Assembly: GCA_965247095.1 (NCBI GenBank) | Contig: OZ251997.1 | Location: forward strand, 2,595,689-2,659,688 | Direction: 5' to 3' | From: Candidatus Multivorans sp. | GTDB taxonomy: Bacteria; Acidobacteriota; Thermoanaerobaculia; Multivoradales; Multivoraceae | Length of the DNA stretch: 64,000 nucleotides | Part shown: in pieces, positions 27,870-37,736 of the stretch | Layout: every line of letters starts with the position of its first letter | Numbering within the stretch: the stretch's first letter is position 1 | Translations under genes and position numbers: made by a program | The notes under the pieces: generated by a model | What the model saw: the letters and a program-made list of their open reading frames with translations, nothing else | Told to the model about the DNA's origin: nothing | Databases searched by the model: none

Positions 27870-29462
27870 CTATGGAATGTTGACCAGGGTGTAGTAGGCC
27901 TCCGGGTGGAGAAGCGGCTCACCGCCCTTGCTCCGGACTCCGTCGAGATGCAGCTCGTGGACGTAGCCGGCACGCAGCGGCTCGACGGTCAGGCGGACGC
28001 TCCTCGCGTCGGCGGCCACCCGAGCGGATCGGATGGCGACCCGCAGCTTGTCGTCCTCGGGCCCGCCGTAGCTCGAGCTGAGGCGATAGGTGTAGCTCTG
28101 CATGCGGTAGGTCGCGGGGTTTCCTGCACTCTCCGGATCCACCGGCCGGGTGAACGTGAGTTCGAAGCCGTCGGGACGGGCCCGCATCTCGTGGACCTCG
28201 AACGGCAGGGCGCCGGTCCAGACGATCCGCTGGAGACCGTGGGGCTCGGGGCCGACGCCGCCCCAGCCGCGGTCCGACATGCCGGCGAAGAGCGATCCGT
28301 CGTCAGCGAAGGCGAGGCGGATCACGCCGCTGTCGAGGCCGCGCCGGAAGTTGAACGCGGCGCCCTGCCAGTGGCCGCCGATCTTCTCCAGGAACACCCG
28401 CATGACCATCGCGTGATGCTGGTCGCCGACGAAGAGCTGGCCGGCGAAGGGCCCGAACTTGCCGCCGGTCGTGTCCCACTTGAGACCGGAGGGGGACTGC
28501 CCCATCTTCACGTAGGGGAACCACACCGACGGCATGCGGAAGTTCGGAATCAGCTCGTGCATGTCCTTCATGAAGGTTCCGCCCTGCGGCTGGCCTTCGG
28601 GCGGCGGCTCGACCTTGGACTCGGGTAGGTGGGTGGAAGCCATGCCGTGGGGATGACCATGAAAGTCGCCCACATCGATCAGCGAGAGCTTCGAGGCGTT
28701 GTTCCACTCGCCCTGGTTGTCCGTGTAGAAGACCTCGCCCCAGGGGCTGACCTCGACGCCGGCGGGAGAGCGCAGGCCGGCGGCGACGAACTCGGCGTCG
28801 CCGCTCGCGGGATCGACTCGGACCGCCCAGCCCCGCCAGTCCGCGAACCCGTAGGGCTGGGCGCCGAAGGGGATGTTCAGCGTCACCCAGAGCTTGCCGT
28901 CCGGCGTCAGGCGCGGTCCGAAGACGTACTCGTGGTAGTCGCCGCTGGTTTCCCACGCGTCCGTGACGGTCTCGAAGACATCGGCCCGATCGTCTCCGTC
29001 CGTGTCCTTGAGCCGGGTCAGCTCGCCCCGCTGTGCCGTGTAGATCCAGCCGTCGAGCTCGAGCAGGCCGAGCGGCTGCCCGAGGCCGAAGGCGTACTGC
29101 TTGAACGCCGGTTGCGGCGGGTCGCTGAACGCGTTCTCGACGATGAAGATCTCGCCCCGCCGGGTTCCCGCCATGATGCGGCCGTCCGAGAGCTGCAACA
29201 GCCCGCCGACCTCCATCGACATCCCCTCCTCGAGGGGCATCGTGAGCAGCCGGTAGGACAGCTCCTCCGCGGCGGCCTGCGCGCCGATGGCGTCCTGCTG
29301 GCGGGCGAGGATCTGCTTCTCGGTCTCCTCGCGCAGGCCATCGTCCAGGGGTTCCTGGGCGAGAAGCGGCAGGGGCAAGCAGATCAGCAGGGCGACCAGC
29401 GCTGTGGCGGCGGCGCGGCCGGGTTGCAAGGTGTTTGCGCTCACGAGGGCCATGGGGATCAC
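27870..29462 (-). CDS. dehydrogenase-domain (beta-propeller, sorbosone-dehydrogenase-like) protein partnered with the PVC-type heme-binding protein
   Basis: 530-aa ORF with signal peptide; start overlaps the upstream gene by 4 nt; this family is typically co-operonic with CxxCH heme-binding proteins. Confidence 0.65.
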   Translation of the reverse strand: MIPMALVSANTLQPGRAAATALVALLICLPLPLLAQEPLDDGLREETEKQILARQQDAIGAQAAAEELSYRLLTMPLEEGMSMEVGGLLQLSDGRIMAGTRRGEIFIVENAFSDPPQPAFKQYAFGLGQPLGLLELDGWIYTAQRGELTRLKDTDGDDRADVFETVTDAWETSGDYHEYVFGPRLTPDGKLWVTLNIPFGAQPYGFADWRGWAVRVDPASGDAEFVAAGLRSPAGVEVSPWGEVFYTDNQGEWNNASKLSLIDVGDFHGHPHGMASTHLPESKVEPPPEGQPQGGTFMKDMHELIPNFRMPSVWFPYVKMGQSPSGLKWDTTGGKFGPFAGQLFVGDQHHAMVMRVFLEKIGGHWQGAAFNFRRGLDSGVIRLAFADDGSLFAGMSDRGWGGVGPEPHGLQRIVWTGALPFEVHEMRARPDGFELTFTRPVDPESAGNPATYRMQSYTYRLSSSYGGPEDDKLRVAIRSARVAADARSVRLTVEPLRAGYVHELHLDGVRSKGGEPLLHPEAYYTLVNIP

Positions 29463-32410
29463 CAGGACAGGGTCACGTCGAGCTGGAGCGTTTCGCCTGG
29501 TGCGAGGTCGATCCGCTGCAGGAGTTGGCGGACTCCCTGGGACTCCCGGACGAACGTCGCGAGGTCCGCTTCGGAGGCATCGGAGGCAAGGGATACGTCG
29601 AGCCGGCCATCGACGCTCCAGGAGCGCTCCGACGCCGGCACGATCTCCTCACCCTCGGCCAGCAACAGATAGAGCGGACGGGGGTCCGAGCCGGCGGAGA
29701 GCTGGAAGCGGCGGATCAGATTCGTGCCGCCGCCGCTGTGCAGTGGCGTCGGCGCCTCCTCGATCAGGAGGTCGTGCAGGCGGTAGCGCAGCACCGGTCT
29801 GCCCTCGTCGTCGAGCCGGTAGCCGAGGAAACGGCCGCCCACGTTCCGGTCGGCCCGGCCCGCCGTGGGCCAGGGGCTGTCGATGTCGCCCAGGTCCGCA
29901 AAGGCCGGACCCGGCGGAAGATCCAGCACATCCGTGCCGTAGGGGCCGAAGAACCGGCCCGCGCGGCCCTGCCACGTGCCCTTGGCGTCGAAGAAACCGC
30001 CTCGCCAGATCTTCGCCAGGCGGACGTTGTTCGCGTCGAAGGCGACGTGGACGTTCTCCGGGTAGCCGATGGCGATCGACCGCGGTCCGACATCGATCAT
30101 GAAGGTGCGGAACACGATCGGGCGCTCGTCCGGGACGAGAACCAGCTCGGCGCCGATGTTCGTGCCCTCGGGCGCGGGCATGGAAGTGCCGAGCGAGAGG
30201 GCGTTCCAGATCGCATCGATCTGGCCGTCCATCGAACCGCCGCCGAGATGCTGGAAGTTGACGACGCCTTCGGGCCAGAACGAGGGCATGCGGGTTCCCG
30301 GGCGGATCGCGGCCGGATCCCGCAGGAACCGCGCGACCCATCCGGGCCGCAACCGGTCGTAGACGGTGGCGAGGTCGATGGTCGAGACGCCTTGGGCGGG
30401 ATGGACGTGAACGTTGTGGCACGTGATGCAGCTCATGGACTTCTCGCCCAGCAGTTCAATCCCGTCGCGGGCGGCTTCAGTCGAGAAAACCGGTTCGTCG
30501 AGGTCGCCTGCCGCTGCGTCGACTGCTTCGAGCGCGGCGGCCAATCGTTCGGCCGCGGCCGCGGGGAAGCTCGGCATCCTGACCTCCATGAAGTCGCGGC
30601 GGACGTGCAGGTCGTCGCCGGTCAGGATCGAGCGCAACGCGCCCGGCTTCAGCTTTCCGCCGGCGCCGTGGAGCGGAGGCGGCAGCCGCCCCTCGTCGCC
30701 GAGGTCCTGGCCGCCGACGACGGCGAAGTACGTCGCGCGCACCGGATCCGGGCCGCCGACTTCCGCGTCACCGGCGCGTCGCTGGTGGCAGGCGTAGCAG
30801 TTGTAGCTCGCCATCGTGTGGACGATCTGGTCGCCGGGCTGCCGCGACTCCGCGAGATGGGAAAGCACCCCGAGTGCGGCCCGGATCGCGCGCCTCTGAT
30901 GACTGGCGAGCGGATAGCGCGGCGAGGAGTCGCCCGTGTGCATGCCGGGTCCGTTGACCACGGCGGCCGGATCCAGCTCGGCGAGAGGCGGCGGAGCGGC
31001 GACGTCCCGCCGGTCGGGCTGGATTCCCGAGTAGCCGTGGCACGAGGCGCAGCCGTGGCGAACGAAGAGTCGCGCGCCCCAGCCCGCGTCCTCCGCGTCC
31101 CGCGAAACCAGGGTTCCCCCGTCCGGCCGCAGCCGCACGTTCTCGTAGCTGGTGTAGTCGTCGAGAACAGCGCCCCGGGGGAGGGAAGCGCCCTCGAGGT
31201 TGACGCGGAGAAAGGGCTCTCCCGTGTCGCCGCGAATGAAGTAGGTCACTTCCACCGGGTGATCTCCGGCCTCTAGCTGGAGTCGGATGTCCGCCTCCCG
31301 GGCGCTGCCGGCGGTCTTGGTGGCGACCACCTCGCCGTCAACGGCGAGCGAGGAACCCGAGCGGCGGTCCGAGGCCAGGGTGAACGTGTAAGGGCCTGTC
31401 GCCGGCGCCCGCATCACGCCGGCAAACCGGTACGCGTGGTTGCCGTAGTTCATCTCGACCGGGAGGCGTAGCGACAGGCCGCGGATCCGACCCTCGGCGG
31501 CAGGTTCCATCGCGTCGAGGTCGGCAGGCGGCCGGTCGAAGAAGCCTCTTACGTCCTCGTCCTGCATGGGATCGAGGAAGTACTCGAACTCGAAGCCTTG
31601 CCGCCGCTCGACCACCTGCGGTTCCTGTTCCCGCAGCAGGTAGATCGCCAGATCCTCCGCTTCCGCCGGGGTCAGGTACAGGGACGGCATGCGCCCGCCT
31701 GGCCTTGTCGACCGTGGGTCCAGGAGGAACTTCGAGAGCGCCGCGACCGAGGTCTTGCCGGCAAGATCCGGCAGAGGGACGGAGGGAATGGCCGGTTCGG
31801 CGCCGGCAGCCTCCGGCGCGTGGCAGGCGACGCAGCCGATCGAGTGGAACAGCCTGCGCCCCCGCTCCACCGCGGCCCGGAAGCGGAACACCGGGAACTC
31901 ATCCGCCACACCGCCGCTCGCATCGTCGGCCGGGTGTGGGGCCCCGTCCGGCTCGGGCGGCTCTTCCTCGTAGAACAGGTAGCGCGCGATGGAACGCGCG
32001 ACGCGGTTCCCATCCTCGGGGTCGAGAGAGTGCAGGACCTCAGGCATCGTCGAGCCCGGCTTGTGTTCGTCCGGGTCGGCCAGGTAGGCGGTGAGCCACT
32101 CGACGGTGACCCGCTCGTTGAGCTCCGCGAGGTCGGGGGCCGTACGTGTGGGTATCCGTTTCGACACGTCGGGCGTCGGTTCATGGCAGGACAGGCAGTT
32201 CAGTTCGCCGAGCAGCACTTCGCCGAGGGCCGCCTCGCTGGCCGCGCCGGCCAGCCGCAGGTGCTCGTAGCCCGGCACGACCGGCGTCGGCGCGGCCGGA
32301 ACCGCCGCCTGGGCCTGAATCGCCGCGCTCAGCGCCGCGGCCAGGACCGGGAAGACGAGCCGGCCGGACCGGCTCGGACGCGGTGCGCGGCGGCCGATCA
32401 CATCGGCCAC
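29459..32410 (-). CDS. PVC-type heme-binding CxxCH protein (multi-cytochrome-c domain, membrane-bound dehydrogenase family)
   Basis: 983-aa ORF with signal peptide; CLSCH, CVACH, CASCH, CYACH, CITCH motifs spread along the length. Confidence 0.8.
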   Translation of the reverse strand: MADVIGRRAPRPSRSGRLVFPVLAAALSAAIQAQAAVPAAPTPVVPGYEHLRLAGAASEAALGEVLLGELNCLSCHEPTPDVSKRIPTRTAPDLAELNERVTVEWLTAYLADPDEHKPGSTMPEVLHSLDPEDGNRVARSIARYLFYEEEPPEPDGAPHPADDASGGVADEFPVFRFRAAVERGRRLFHSIGCVACHAPEAAGAEPAIPSVPLPDLAGKTSVAALSKFLLDPRSTRPGGRMPSLYLTPAEAEDLAIYLLREQEPQVVERRQGFEFEYFLDPMQDEDVRGFFDRPPADLDAMEPAAEGRIRGLSLRLPVEMNYGNHAYRFAGVMRAPATGPYTFTLASDRRSGSSLAVDGEVVATKTAGSAREADIRLQLEAGDHPVEVTYFIRGDTGEPFLRVNLEGASLPRGAVLDDYTSYENVRLRPDGGTLVSRDAEDAGWGARLFVRHGCASCHGYSGIQPDRRDVAAPPPLAELDPAAVVNGPGMHTGDSSPRYPLASHQRRAIRAALGVLSHLAESRQPGDQIVHTMASYNCYACHQRRAGDAEVGGPDPVRATYFAVVGGQDLGDEGRLPPPLHGAGGKLKPGALRSILTGDDLHVRRDFMEVRMPSFPAAAAERLAAALEAVDAAAGDLDEPVFSTEAARDGIELLGEKSMSCITCHNVHVHPAQGVSTIDLATVYDRLRPGWVARFLRDPAAIRPGTRMPSFWPEGVVNFQHLGGGSMDGQIDAIWNALSLGTSMPAPEGTNIGAELVLVPDERPIVFRTFMIDVGPRSIAIGYPENVHVAFDANNVRLAKIWRGGFFDAKGTWQGRAGRFFGPYGTDVLDLPPGPAFADLGDIDSPWPTAGRADRNVGGRFLGYRLDDEGRPVLRYRLHDLLIEEAPTPLHSGGGTNLIRRFQLSAGSDPRPLYLLLAEGEEIVPASERSWSVDGRLDVSLASDASEADLATFVRESQGVRQLLQRIDLAPGETLQLDVTLSW

Positions 32411-32901
32411 TCGAGGCGTTCGGGGGGGACAACGGACGGCTCGTCCGGTCCGGGGAAGGCAGCCGGCACGCCGATCGTCACCTCGCCGGTGGCCGCGTAC
32501 TCCGTGCCGCGGGCGAGCGCGGTCTGGAAACCTGTGCAGTCCAGGGAGGCGCCGGCCGGGCCGCGCAGTGAGGCGTAGAGCTCGTCAGCCGCGTGCATCC
32601 AGGTGGTCGGCAGGCCGGCCAGGATGGGGTGGTCGGGCCGATCGTGGATGACCTGGAACTCCCGGATACGGCCGTGCCGGCCGCTCAACCCCTCGTCGGG
32701 CGAGGTGCTGACGTCTACCGTGAAGCGCCTGGTCCGCTCGAGCGTCGCCCTGACGGCGGCGGTGGTGCGCGCCCAGTCGTGGTTGTTCACGCCGCCGATG
32801 ATCAGGACCGGAATCCTCGCGTCCGCTCCGGCTGATTCGACTCGCGGCGCCGTGCAGCCGCACACCAGAACCAGGATCGCGATGGAGCGAGAAACGAGCA
32901 T
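32398..32901 (-). CDS. ThuA-like (class I glutamine-amidotransferase-like) lipoprotein, short form
   Basis: MLVSRSIAILVLVCGCTAP lipobox; VLIIGGVNNHDWARTT…DHPILAGLP…DELY motifs of ThuA; shorter than typical ThuA. Confidence 0.55.
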   Translation of the reverse strand: MLVSRSIAILVLVCGCTAPRVESAGADARIPVLIIGGVNNHDWARTTAAVRATLERTRRFTVDVSTSPDEGLSGRHGRIREFQVIHDRPDHPILAGLPTTWMHAADELYASLRGPAGASLDCTGFQTALARGTEYAATGEVTIGVPAAFPGPDEPSVVPPERLEWPM

Positions 32902-32939
32902 TCAATCGGCGGTTGAACACGATACACGAGGAGATCCGC

Positions 32940-32985
32940 CCCTGGGAACGCGGGCGTCTCGCCCGCATCCGGCGCGGAGCGCCCG
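32940..32985 (+). repeat. REP/MITE-like hairpin repeat copy (intergenic)
   Basis: CCTGGGAACGCGGGCGTCTCGCCCGCATCCGGCGCGGAGCGCCC; 7-bp stem GCGGGCG/CGCCCGC with 3-nt loop. Confidence 0.75.
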
Positions 32986-33016
32986 TCTGGTTGCCGCCGG
33001 CAACTAGGATCGGACG

Positions 33017-34389
33017 GTGAGCGTCGCGAAAGCAGGCTCGGTTGCTCTTGTCCTCGCGATGCTCCTCGCTTGCGCGTCCGACCTGGGCGAGACTTCCGCG
33101 CCGCCGGCCGGGATCCCCCACCCCGAACTCGCGGAACTCGAACCGCCCCTAGCCCGAGAACTCGAAGCCCGCCGGGCCGGACTCGACGCGCTGCTCGCCG
33201 ACGAAGCCGCGACCGCCAAGGAGCAGGCCCAGGCCTTCGGCGAGCTGGGCCGGCTCTACCAGGCCGAGGAGTCCCTGGCGCGCAGCGGGACGACCAGGGT
33301 CGCGATGGCCGACCCGCTGATGCACGAATTGACGACCCTGGCGATCGGCGCCTCGCCGCACCTGGCGCGGGGCAATGCCGCCGCGCGGGAGGGCCGGCTG
33401 GCGGAAGCGGAGTCCGCCTACCGGCAGGCTGTGGCAGCCGACGCCGCGAATCCGCGCGCCCATCAGAGCCTGGGTACCGTCCTGGTTCGCCGTGGCAATC
33501 CGCAGGCGGCCCTGGAGCACTTCGGCGCCGCCGTCGCGCTGGAGCCGGAGAATGCCCGCGCGCACTCGGACCTCGGCGTCCTGCTGGGAGAGCTCGGGCA
33601 GAACGACCGCGCCCTGGAACACCTGGGCCGCGCGGTCGAACTCGAGCCTGGGCTGGTGCAGGCACTGCTGAGTCTCGGCAACGTCCAGGCGCGTATCGGT
33701 CGCCTGGACGAATCGGAAGCGACCTACCGCCGGGTGCTCGAGAGCGACACCGGCAACGGAGATGCCCGGCTCGGACTGGGGGCCGTCCTGGCGCAGACCG
33801 GCGACTTCGAGCAGGCCGTCGTCGAGTTGCAGGAAGCGCTACGGCACGAGCCGGGCGACGAGCGGGCCTCCCGCATCCACTTCGGCCTCGCCGAAGCCCT
33901 GGTGCGCACCGGCCAGCTTGAGGAAGCCCTGGCGCACTACACCCGCGTCCGCGAAATCGATCCCGACCAGGGCCTCGCCTGGCTGCGCGAGGCGACGGTG
34001 CTGATGGGCCTCGAACGTTTCGCCGACGCCAAGGGCGTGCTCGAAGCGCGGCTGGCAGTTGCGCCCGCCGACGACCGCGCCGCTCACTCCCTGGCGAGAC
34101 TGCTCGCCGGCGCACCCGACCCGTCGCTCCGCGACGGTCCGCGGGCCCTGGCCATCGCGGGCGTCTGCTCGAAGCAGACAACGCCGCGCCCGAGGCCGAG
34201 ACCGCCGCGATGGCCCTGGCTGAAGCCGGCCGCTTCGAGGAGGCGATCGACATCCAGCGCACCCTGGTCCAGGACGCGCGGCGGCTGGAGCGAGCGGGCG
34301 AGGAGCGGCGTCTGGCCCGGAACCTGGACCGGTACGAGCGCGGCGAGGCGTGCTGTGCGCGGGTGGGGGATGTACTTCCGCCGTATTGA
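33017..34389 (+). CDS. TPR-repeat lipoprotein, with apparent frameshift near 34160
   Basis: Signal/lipobox MSVAKAGSVALVLAMLLACASD; many TPR units; after …RALAIAG the sense frame switches (+2) to …LLEADNAAPEAETAAMALAEAGRFEEAIDIQRTLVQDARRLERAG…PPY*, while the original frame degenerates to P/R/W-rich text. Confidence 0.6.
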
Positions 34390-34419
34390 GCGGACTGGCG
34401 GTCTACCATTGAGGAGATC

Positions 34420-34707
34420 ATGGCGATGCAGAACCCACCACATCCGGGCGGGATCGTCCGAAGGCAGTGCCTGGAGCCCCTGGGGCTGTCCGTGACGCGA
34501 GCCGCAGAAGGCCTGGGCGTCACCCGGCAGGCGCTCTCCGACCTGGTGAACGGTCATGCCGGAGTGTCGACGGAGATGGCGGTTCGCCTGTCGAAGGCGT
34601 TCGGCTCGAGTCCTGAGACTTGGCTCGGGAGGCAGATGGCCTACGATCTTTGGCAGGTCCGCGACCGTGCCGAGCAGATCACGGTCGAGCGCTTTGACGC
34701 GGCCTGA
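34420..34707 (+). CDS. higA: HigA-type antitoxin (XRE-family HTH), solitary
   Basis: MAMQNPPHPGGIVRRQCLEPLGLSVTRAAEGLGVTRQALSDLVNGHAGVSTEMAVRLSKAFGSSPETWL, strongly HigA-like; no upstream higB possible (TPR gene ends 30 nt upstream). Confidence 0.7.
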   Translation: MAMQNPPHPGGIVRRQCLEPLGLSVTRAAEGLGVTRQALSDLVNGHAGVSTEMAVRLSKAFGSSPETWLGRQMAYDLWQVRDRAEQITVERFDAA

Positions 34708-34769
34708 GTGCCGGCGATGCAAGTAAGTTCCAACTAGCAGCTAGGGGCTTGCGCGGCAGGACGATCTGA

Positions 34770-34812
34770 CCTGGGAACGCGGGCATCCTGCCCGCATCCG
34801 GCGCGAAGCGCC
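34770..34812 (+). repeat. REP/MITE-like hairpin repeat copy with compensatory stem change
   Basis: CCTGGGAACGCGGGCATCCTGCCCGCATCCGGCGCGAAGCGCC; the last stem pair is changed G-C to A-T on both arms, so the hairpin is preserved. Confidence 0.75.
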
Positions 34813-34835
34813 GGCCTCTGGGAGTTCTGCCGCGC

Positions 34836-35246
34836 CTAGGCCGATCTGAGGCCGGTATCGACGAACTCTCGTGGGGAGACGACGCGAACGTTCTGCCTGG
34901 CGCTGGCTGGGAAGTGTCTGGCGTTTCCGGTGACCAGATAGTCGGCCAGGGCGGCTGCCGCCACTTCCAGGAAGGGCTCGTCGTGGGGATCGGGAAGCCT
35001 GGCCGGCAAGGGCATTGGAGAGGTCAGTTCGCCACGGGCTTCGACTTGTAGCAGTAGCGCGCTGATGTCCTCTTCAGCGAGAGAGAATCTGGGTCGGCGC
35101 AGTACCTCGGCGTACTCGGCGAGGATTCGCGCGTCGTAGCAGAGGCTGAGGCTGCCTGCAGCGGTCAGCCCGACGATGGTGCCCGGTGGCCCGAAGGGCG
35201 ATAGCAAACCGGAGACGAGGACGTTCGTGTCGACGACGATTCTCAT
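34836..35246 (-). CDS. vapC: PIN-domain toxin (VapC-like)
   Basis: MRIVVDTNVLVSGLL…; 4-nt overlap with the upstream antitoxin gene. Confidence 0.8.
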   Translation of the reverse strand: MRIVVDTNVLVSGLLSPFGPPGTIVGLTAAGSLSLCYDARILAEYAEVLRRPRFSLAEEDISALLLQVEARGELTSPMPLPARLPDPHDEPFLEVAAAALADYLVTGNARHFPASARQNVRVVSPREFVDTGLRSA

Positions 35247-35530
35247 GCGCGGCGTCGGCGCCGCGCTTCATTGATCTCAGCGTTCACTTCGTCGAGGCTC
35301 CACTGATCAAGGCCCGCTTCACGTGCTCGGCGCTGCATATTGAGCACAGCCAACTGTGCTCGGGCTTGCCGAAGCGCCGTCAGCGTTGCTTCGAGGGTCG
35401 ACGCGGTCGCGGCAGAAAGGACGGCGACCGGCTTGCCGTTGGAAGTGACCACGAGGTCCTTCGCTTCCCCCAGTGATTCCCAGACTGCTGCGGAGCGAGT
35501 ACGTAAGTCACGGATGCTGACGAATTCCAT
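35243..35530 (-). CDS. Phd/YefM-family antitoxin
   Basis: MEFVSIRDLRTRSAAVWESLGEAKDLVVTSNGKPVAVL… typical Phd/YefM; coupled to the PIN gene. Confidence 0.7.
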   Translation of the reverse strand: MEFVSIRDLRTRSAAVWESLGEAKDLVVTSNGKPVAVLSAATASTLEATLTALRQARAQLAVLNMQRRAREAGLDQWSLDEVNAEINEARRRRRA

Positions 35531-35590
35531 GGGTGCAACCCTCAAGGTTCACAATCGAGTACACGACGGTGGCACGATTGTGTCTTCTCG

Positions 35591-36643
35591 TCAAGACCGT
35601 GGACCCAGGGTTTCCCCCTCGCCCTGAACCAGCGTCTGATACTCGCCAGGGCGCACATCCGTCCAACGCTCCACCGCGCCGTCGGGCCAGCGGACTTCGA
35701 CGTGGCTGACGCCGGCGTTCTCGCCATCGCCGAGGCCGACGAGCACTCTGGGGTCGCGGGCTGACGCGTTGCTGCCGTCGGTGTGGACGTGGCGCCAGAT
35801 GGGCGGTGCGTCGGCGCGGTGGACCAGGACGTGAGCGCCCAAGGCGTCGCGGTTGTGGGCGACGAGCCGGAGGCCCAGCCACGGGCGGCCTTGGCCGACC
35901 TGGTTCAGCAACAGACGGGTCGGCGCGTTGCTGTTGACGACGACGACATCGAGGTCGCCGTCGTTGTCGACATCGCCGAACGCGGCGGCGCGGCTGACTT
36001 CGGCCGACTCGAAGACGACGCCAGCCTCGGCCGTGACCTCGCGGAAGGCGCCGTCGCCACCATTGCGGAGGAGCTGGTTCGCCTGCCGCAGCGGGTACGG
36101 ATCGCCGGCGCGGATCAGCGCGTCGATGCCGATCACGGCGCCGTTGACGGCGAGCACGTCGAGCCAACTGTCGTTGTCGTAGTCGATCCAGCCGATGCCG
36201 AAGGTGGTGAAGGGGAGGCTGGGGGGCCCGAGTTGCGACGCCGCCGACTCGTCGCGGAACAGGCCGGCGCCGTCGTTGTCGAAGTCGAGCAGGGCCGCGC
36301 CGTAGTAGAGGGTCAGGGCGCTGCCGACGAAGGCCGTCGAGTACGGGATCGCCATGGACATGCGCGTCGCCGGCGCCAGCATGTCGTGCACCTCGATGGT
36401 GAAGCGCAGCGCCTGGTAGGCGAAGACGGCAAGGAAGGCGGCCGAGCTGAGCGCGACCACGGCGCCGATCCAGCGCTGCACCTTGGGCGGAGTCCTGTCG
36501 ACCAGGAACCGGAGCGCGAAGTGGGTGCCGGTCTTCATCGCGTAGGCGGCCGAGAGAGCCGCCAGCCACATGAGGAGAAACCGGGCCAGCTCTTCCGACC
36601 AGGACAGCCTGGTCCGCCACCCGCTCGAGGTGGCGGTGTGCAC
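35591..36643 (-). pseudogene. chimeric ORF: TRAP small-permease (DctQ-like) fragment fused to the C-terminal ASPIC/UnbV part of a CRTAC1-like protein
   Basis: N-terminal ~120 aa resemble the transmembrane half of DctQ (…GTHFALRFLVDRTPPKVQRWIGAVVALSSAAFLAVFAYQALRF…); the remainder (FGDVDNDGDLDVVVVNSNAPTRLLLNQVGQGRPWLGLRLV…VEVRWPDGAVERW) is a CRTAC1 C-terminus paralogous to 16733..18598. Confidence 0.45.
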
Positions 36644-36666
36644 GTTGCTGGTCGCCCGTCAATGCA

Positions 36667-37731
36667 CTAGTGCCCGCCCCAGATGTCGCCCACCACGAAG
36701 CCGTTGGGGAACGGGTCCTCCGGGTCGAGGACGTACTGGGCGAAGCCGGTAATCCACGCGGTGCCCGCCAGGGTCGGCACCGCGGCGGCGTAGTCGCCGA
36801 CCTGCGTCTCCCGAATCATGCGGCCCGTGAACGTCGTGCCCAGAATCCCCTCGTGGACGAAGTCCTGGCCGAGCGGCAGCTCGCCCTTGGCCCACATCGC
36901 CGCCATCTTGGCGCAGGTGCCGGTGCCGCAAGGTGAGCGGTCAAGCGCCCCGGTCCAGGTCAGCGGCTTGTTCCAGTCGAGCGTGCCGGTCGACACGATG
37001 ACCGTGTTGCGCCGGTCGGCGCCTGATGTCAGCGGCGGCGCGGAGAGCTGGCCGATCGTGACGCCGCGGATCTGCGGGTTCAGCGGGTGGACGGGCGCGG
37101 GAAGCTGCTCCTGGCAGGCGGCCTTGATCATCTCGCCGACCCGGGCGGCGTCGGCGGCTTCCTCGGGCGCCAGGGTGAGGCCGACCTGATCCGCGTCGGC
37201 GATGACGTAGAACATGCCGCCGTAGGCGACGTCGACCGTGACCTTGCCGAGTTCCGGCACGTCGAGTTCGGCGTCGAGATGGACGGCGAAGGCCGGCACG
37301 TTCTTGAACTCGACCCGCTTCACCTTGCCCCGCTCGACCTCGGCGCGCACTTGGATCAGGCCGGCGGGCGACTCCAGGGTGAGTTCGGTGAGCGGCTCCG
37401 TCGACGCCACCATCCCGGTCTCGATCAGCACGGTAGCGACGGCGATCGTGTTCGTGCCCGACATGCCGGGGTACTCGACCTGCTCCATGATCACGTAGCC
37501 GGCGACCGCATCGGGATGGGTGGCCGGGAGGATCAGGTTGCAGTTCGCCGCCGGATAGCCGCGCGGCTCGCGCAGCATGCGCAGCCGGAGTTCGTCGGCC
37601 TCGGTTTCGAGGTAGCGCATCTTCTCGAACATCGTCGATCCGGGGACGTCGAGGACGCCGCCGACGATCACCCGTCCCGGCTCGCCGCAGACGTGGGTGT
37701 CGACGGCGTGGATGACGTTGGAGACGCGCAT
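36667..37731 (-). CDS. proline racemase / 4-hydroxyproline epimerase / hydroxyproline dehydratase family protein
   Basis: MRVSNVIHAVDTHVCGEPGRVIVGG…SGTNTIAVATVL…DRSPCGTGTCAKMA… family hallmarks; 354 aa, appears intact. Confidence 0.8.
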   Translation of the reverse strand: MRVSNVIHAVDTHVCGEPGRVIVGGVLDVPGSTMFEKMRYLETEADELRLRMLREPRGYPAANCNLILPATHPDAVAGYVIMEQVEYPGMSGTNTIAVATVLIETGMVASTEPLTELTLESPAGLIQVRAEVERGKVKRVEFKNVPAFAVHLDAELDVPELGKVTVDVAYGGMFYVIADADQVGLTLAPEEAADAARVGEMIKAACQEQLPAPVHPLNPQIRGVTIGQLSAPPLTSGADRRNTVIVSTGTLDWNKPLTWTGALDRSPCGTGTCAKMAAMWAKGELPLGQDFVHEGILGTTFTGRMIRETQVGDYAAAVPTLAGTAWITGFAQYVLDPEDPFPNGFVVGDIWGGH

Positions 37732-37736
37732 CGGAT

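Noticed and set aside
34084-34722. 212-aa minus-strand ORF antisense to higA/TPR tail
   Set aside because: No motifs; the plus-strand HigA is a textbook match
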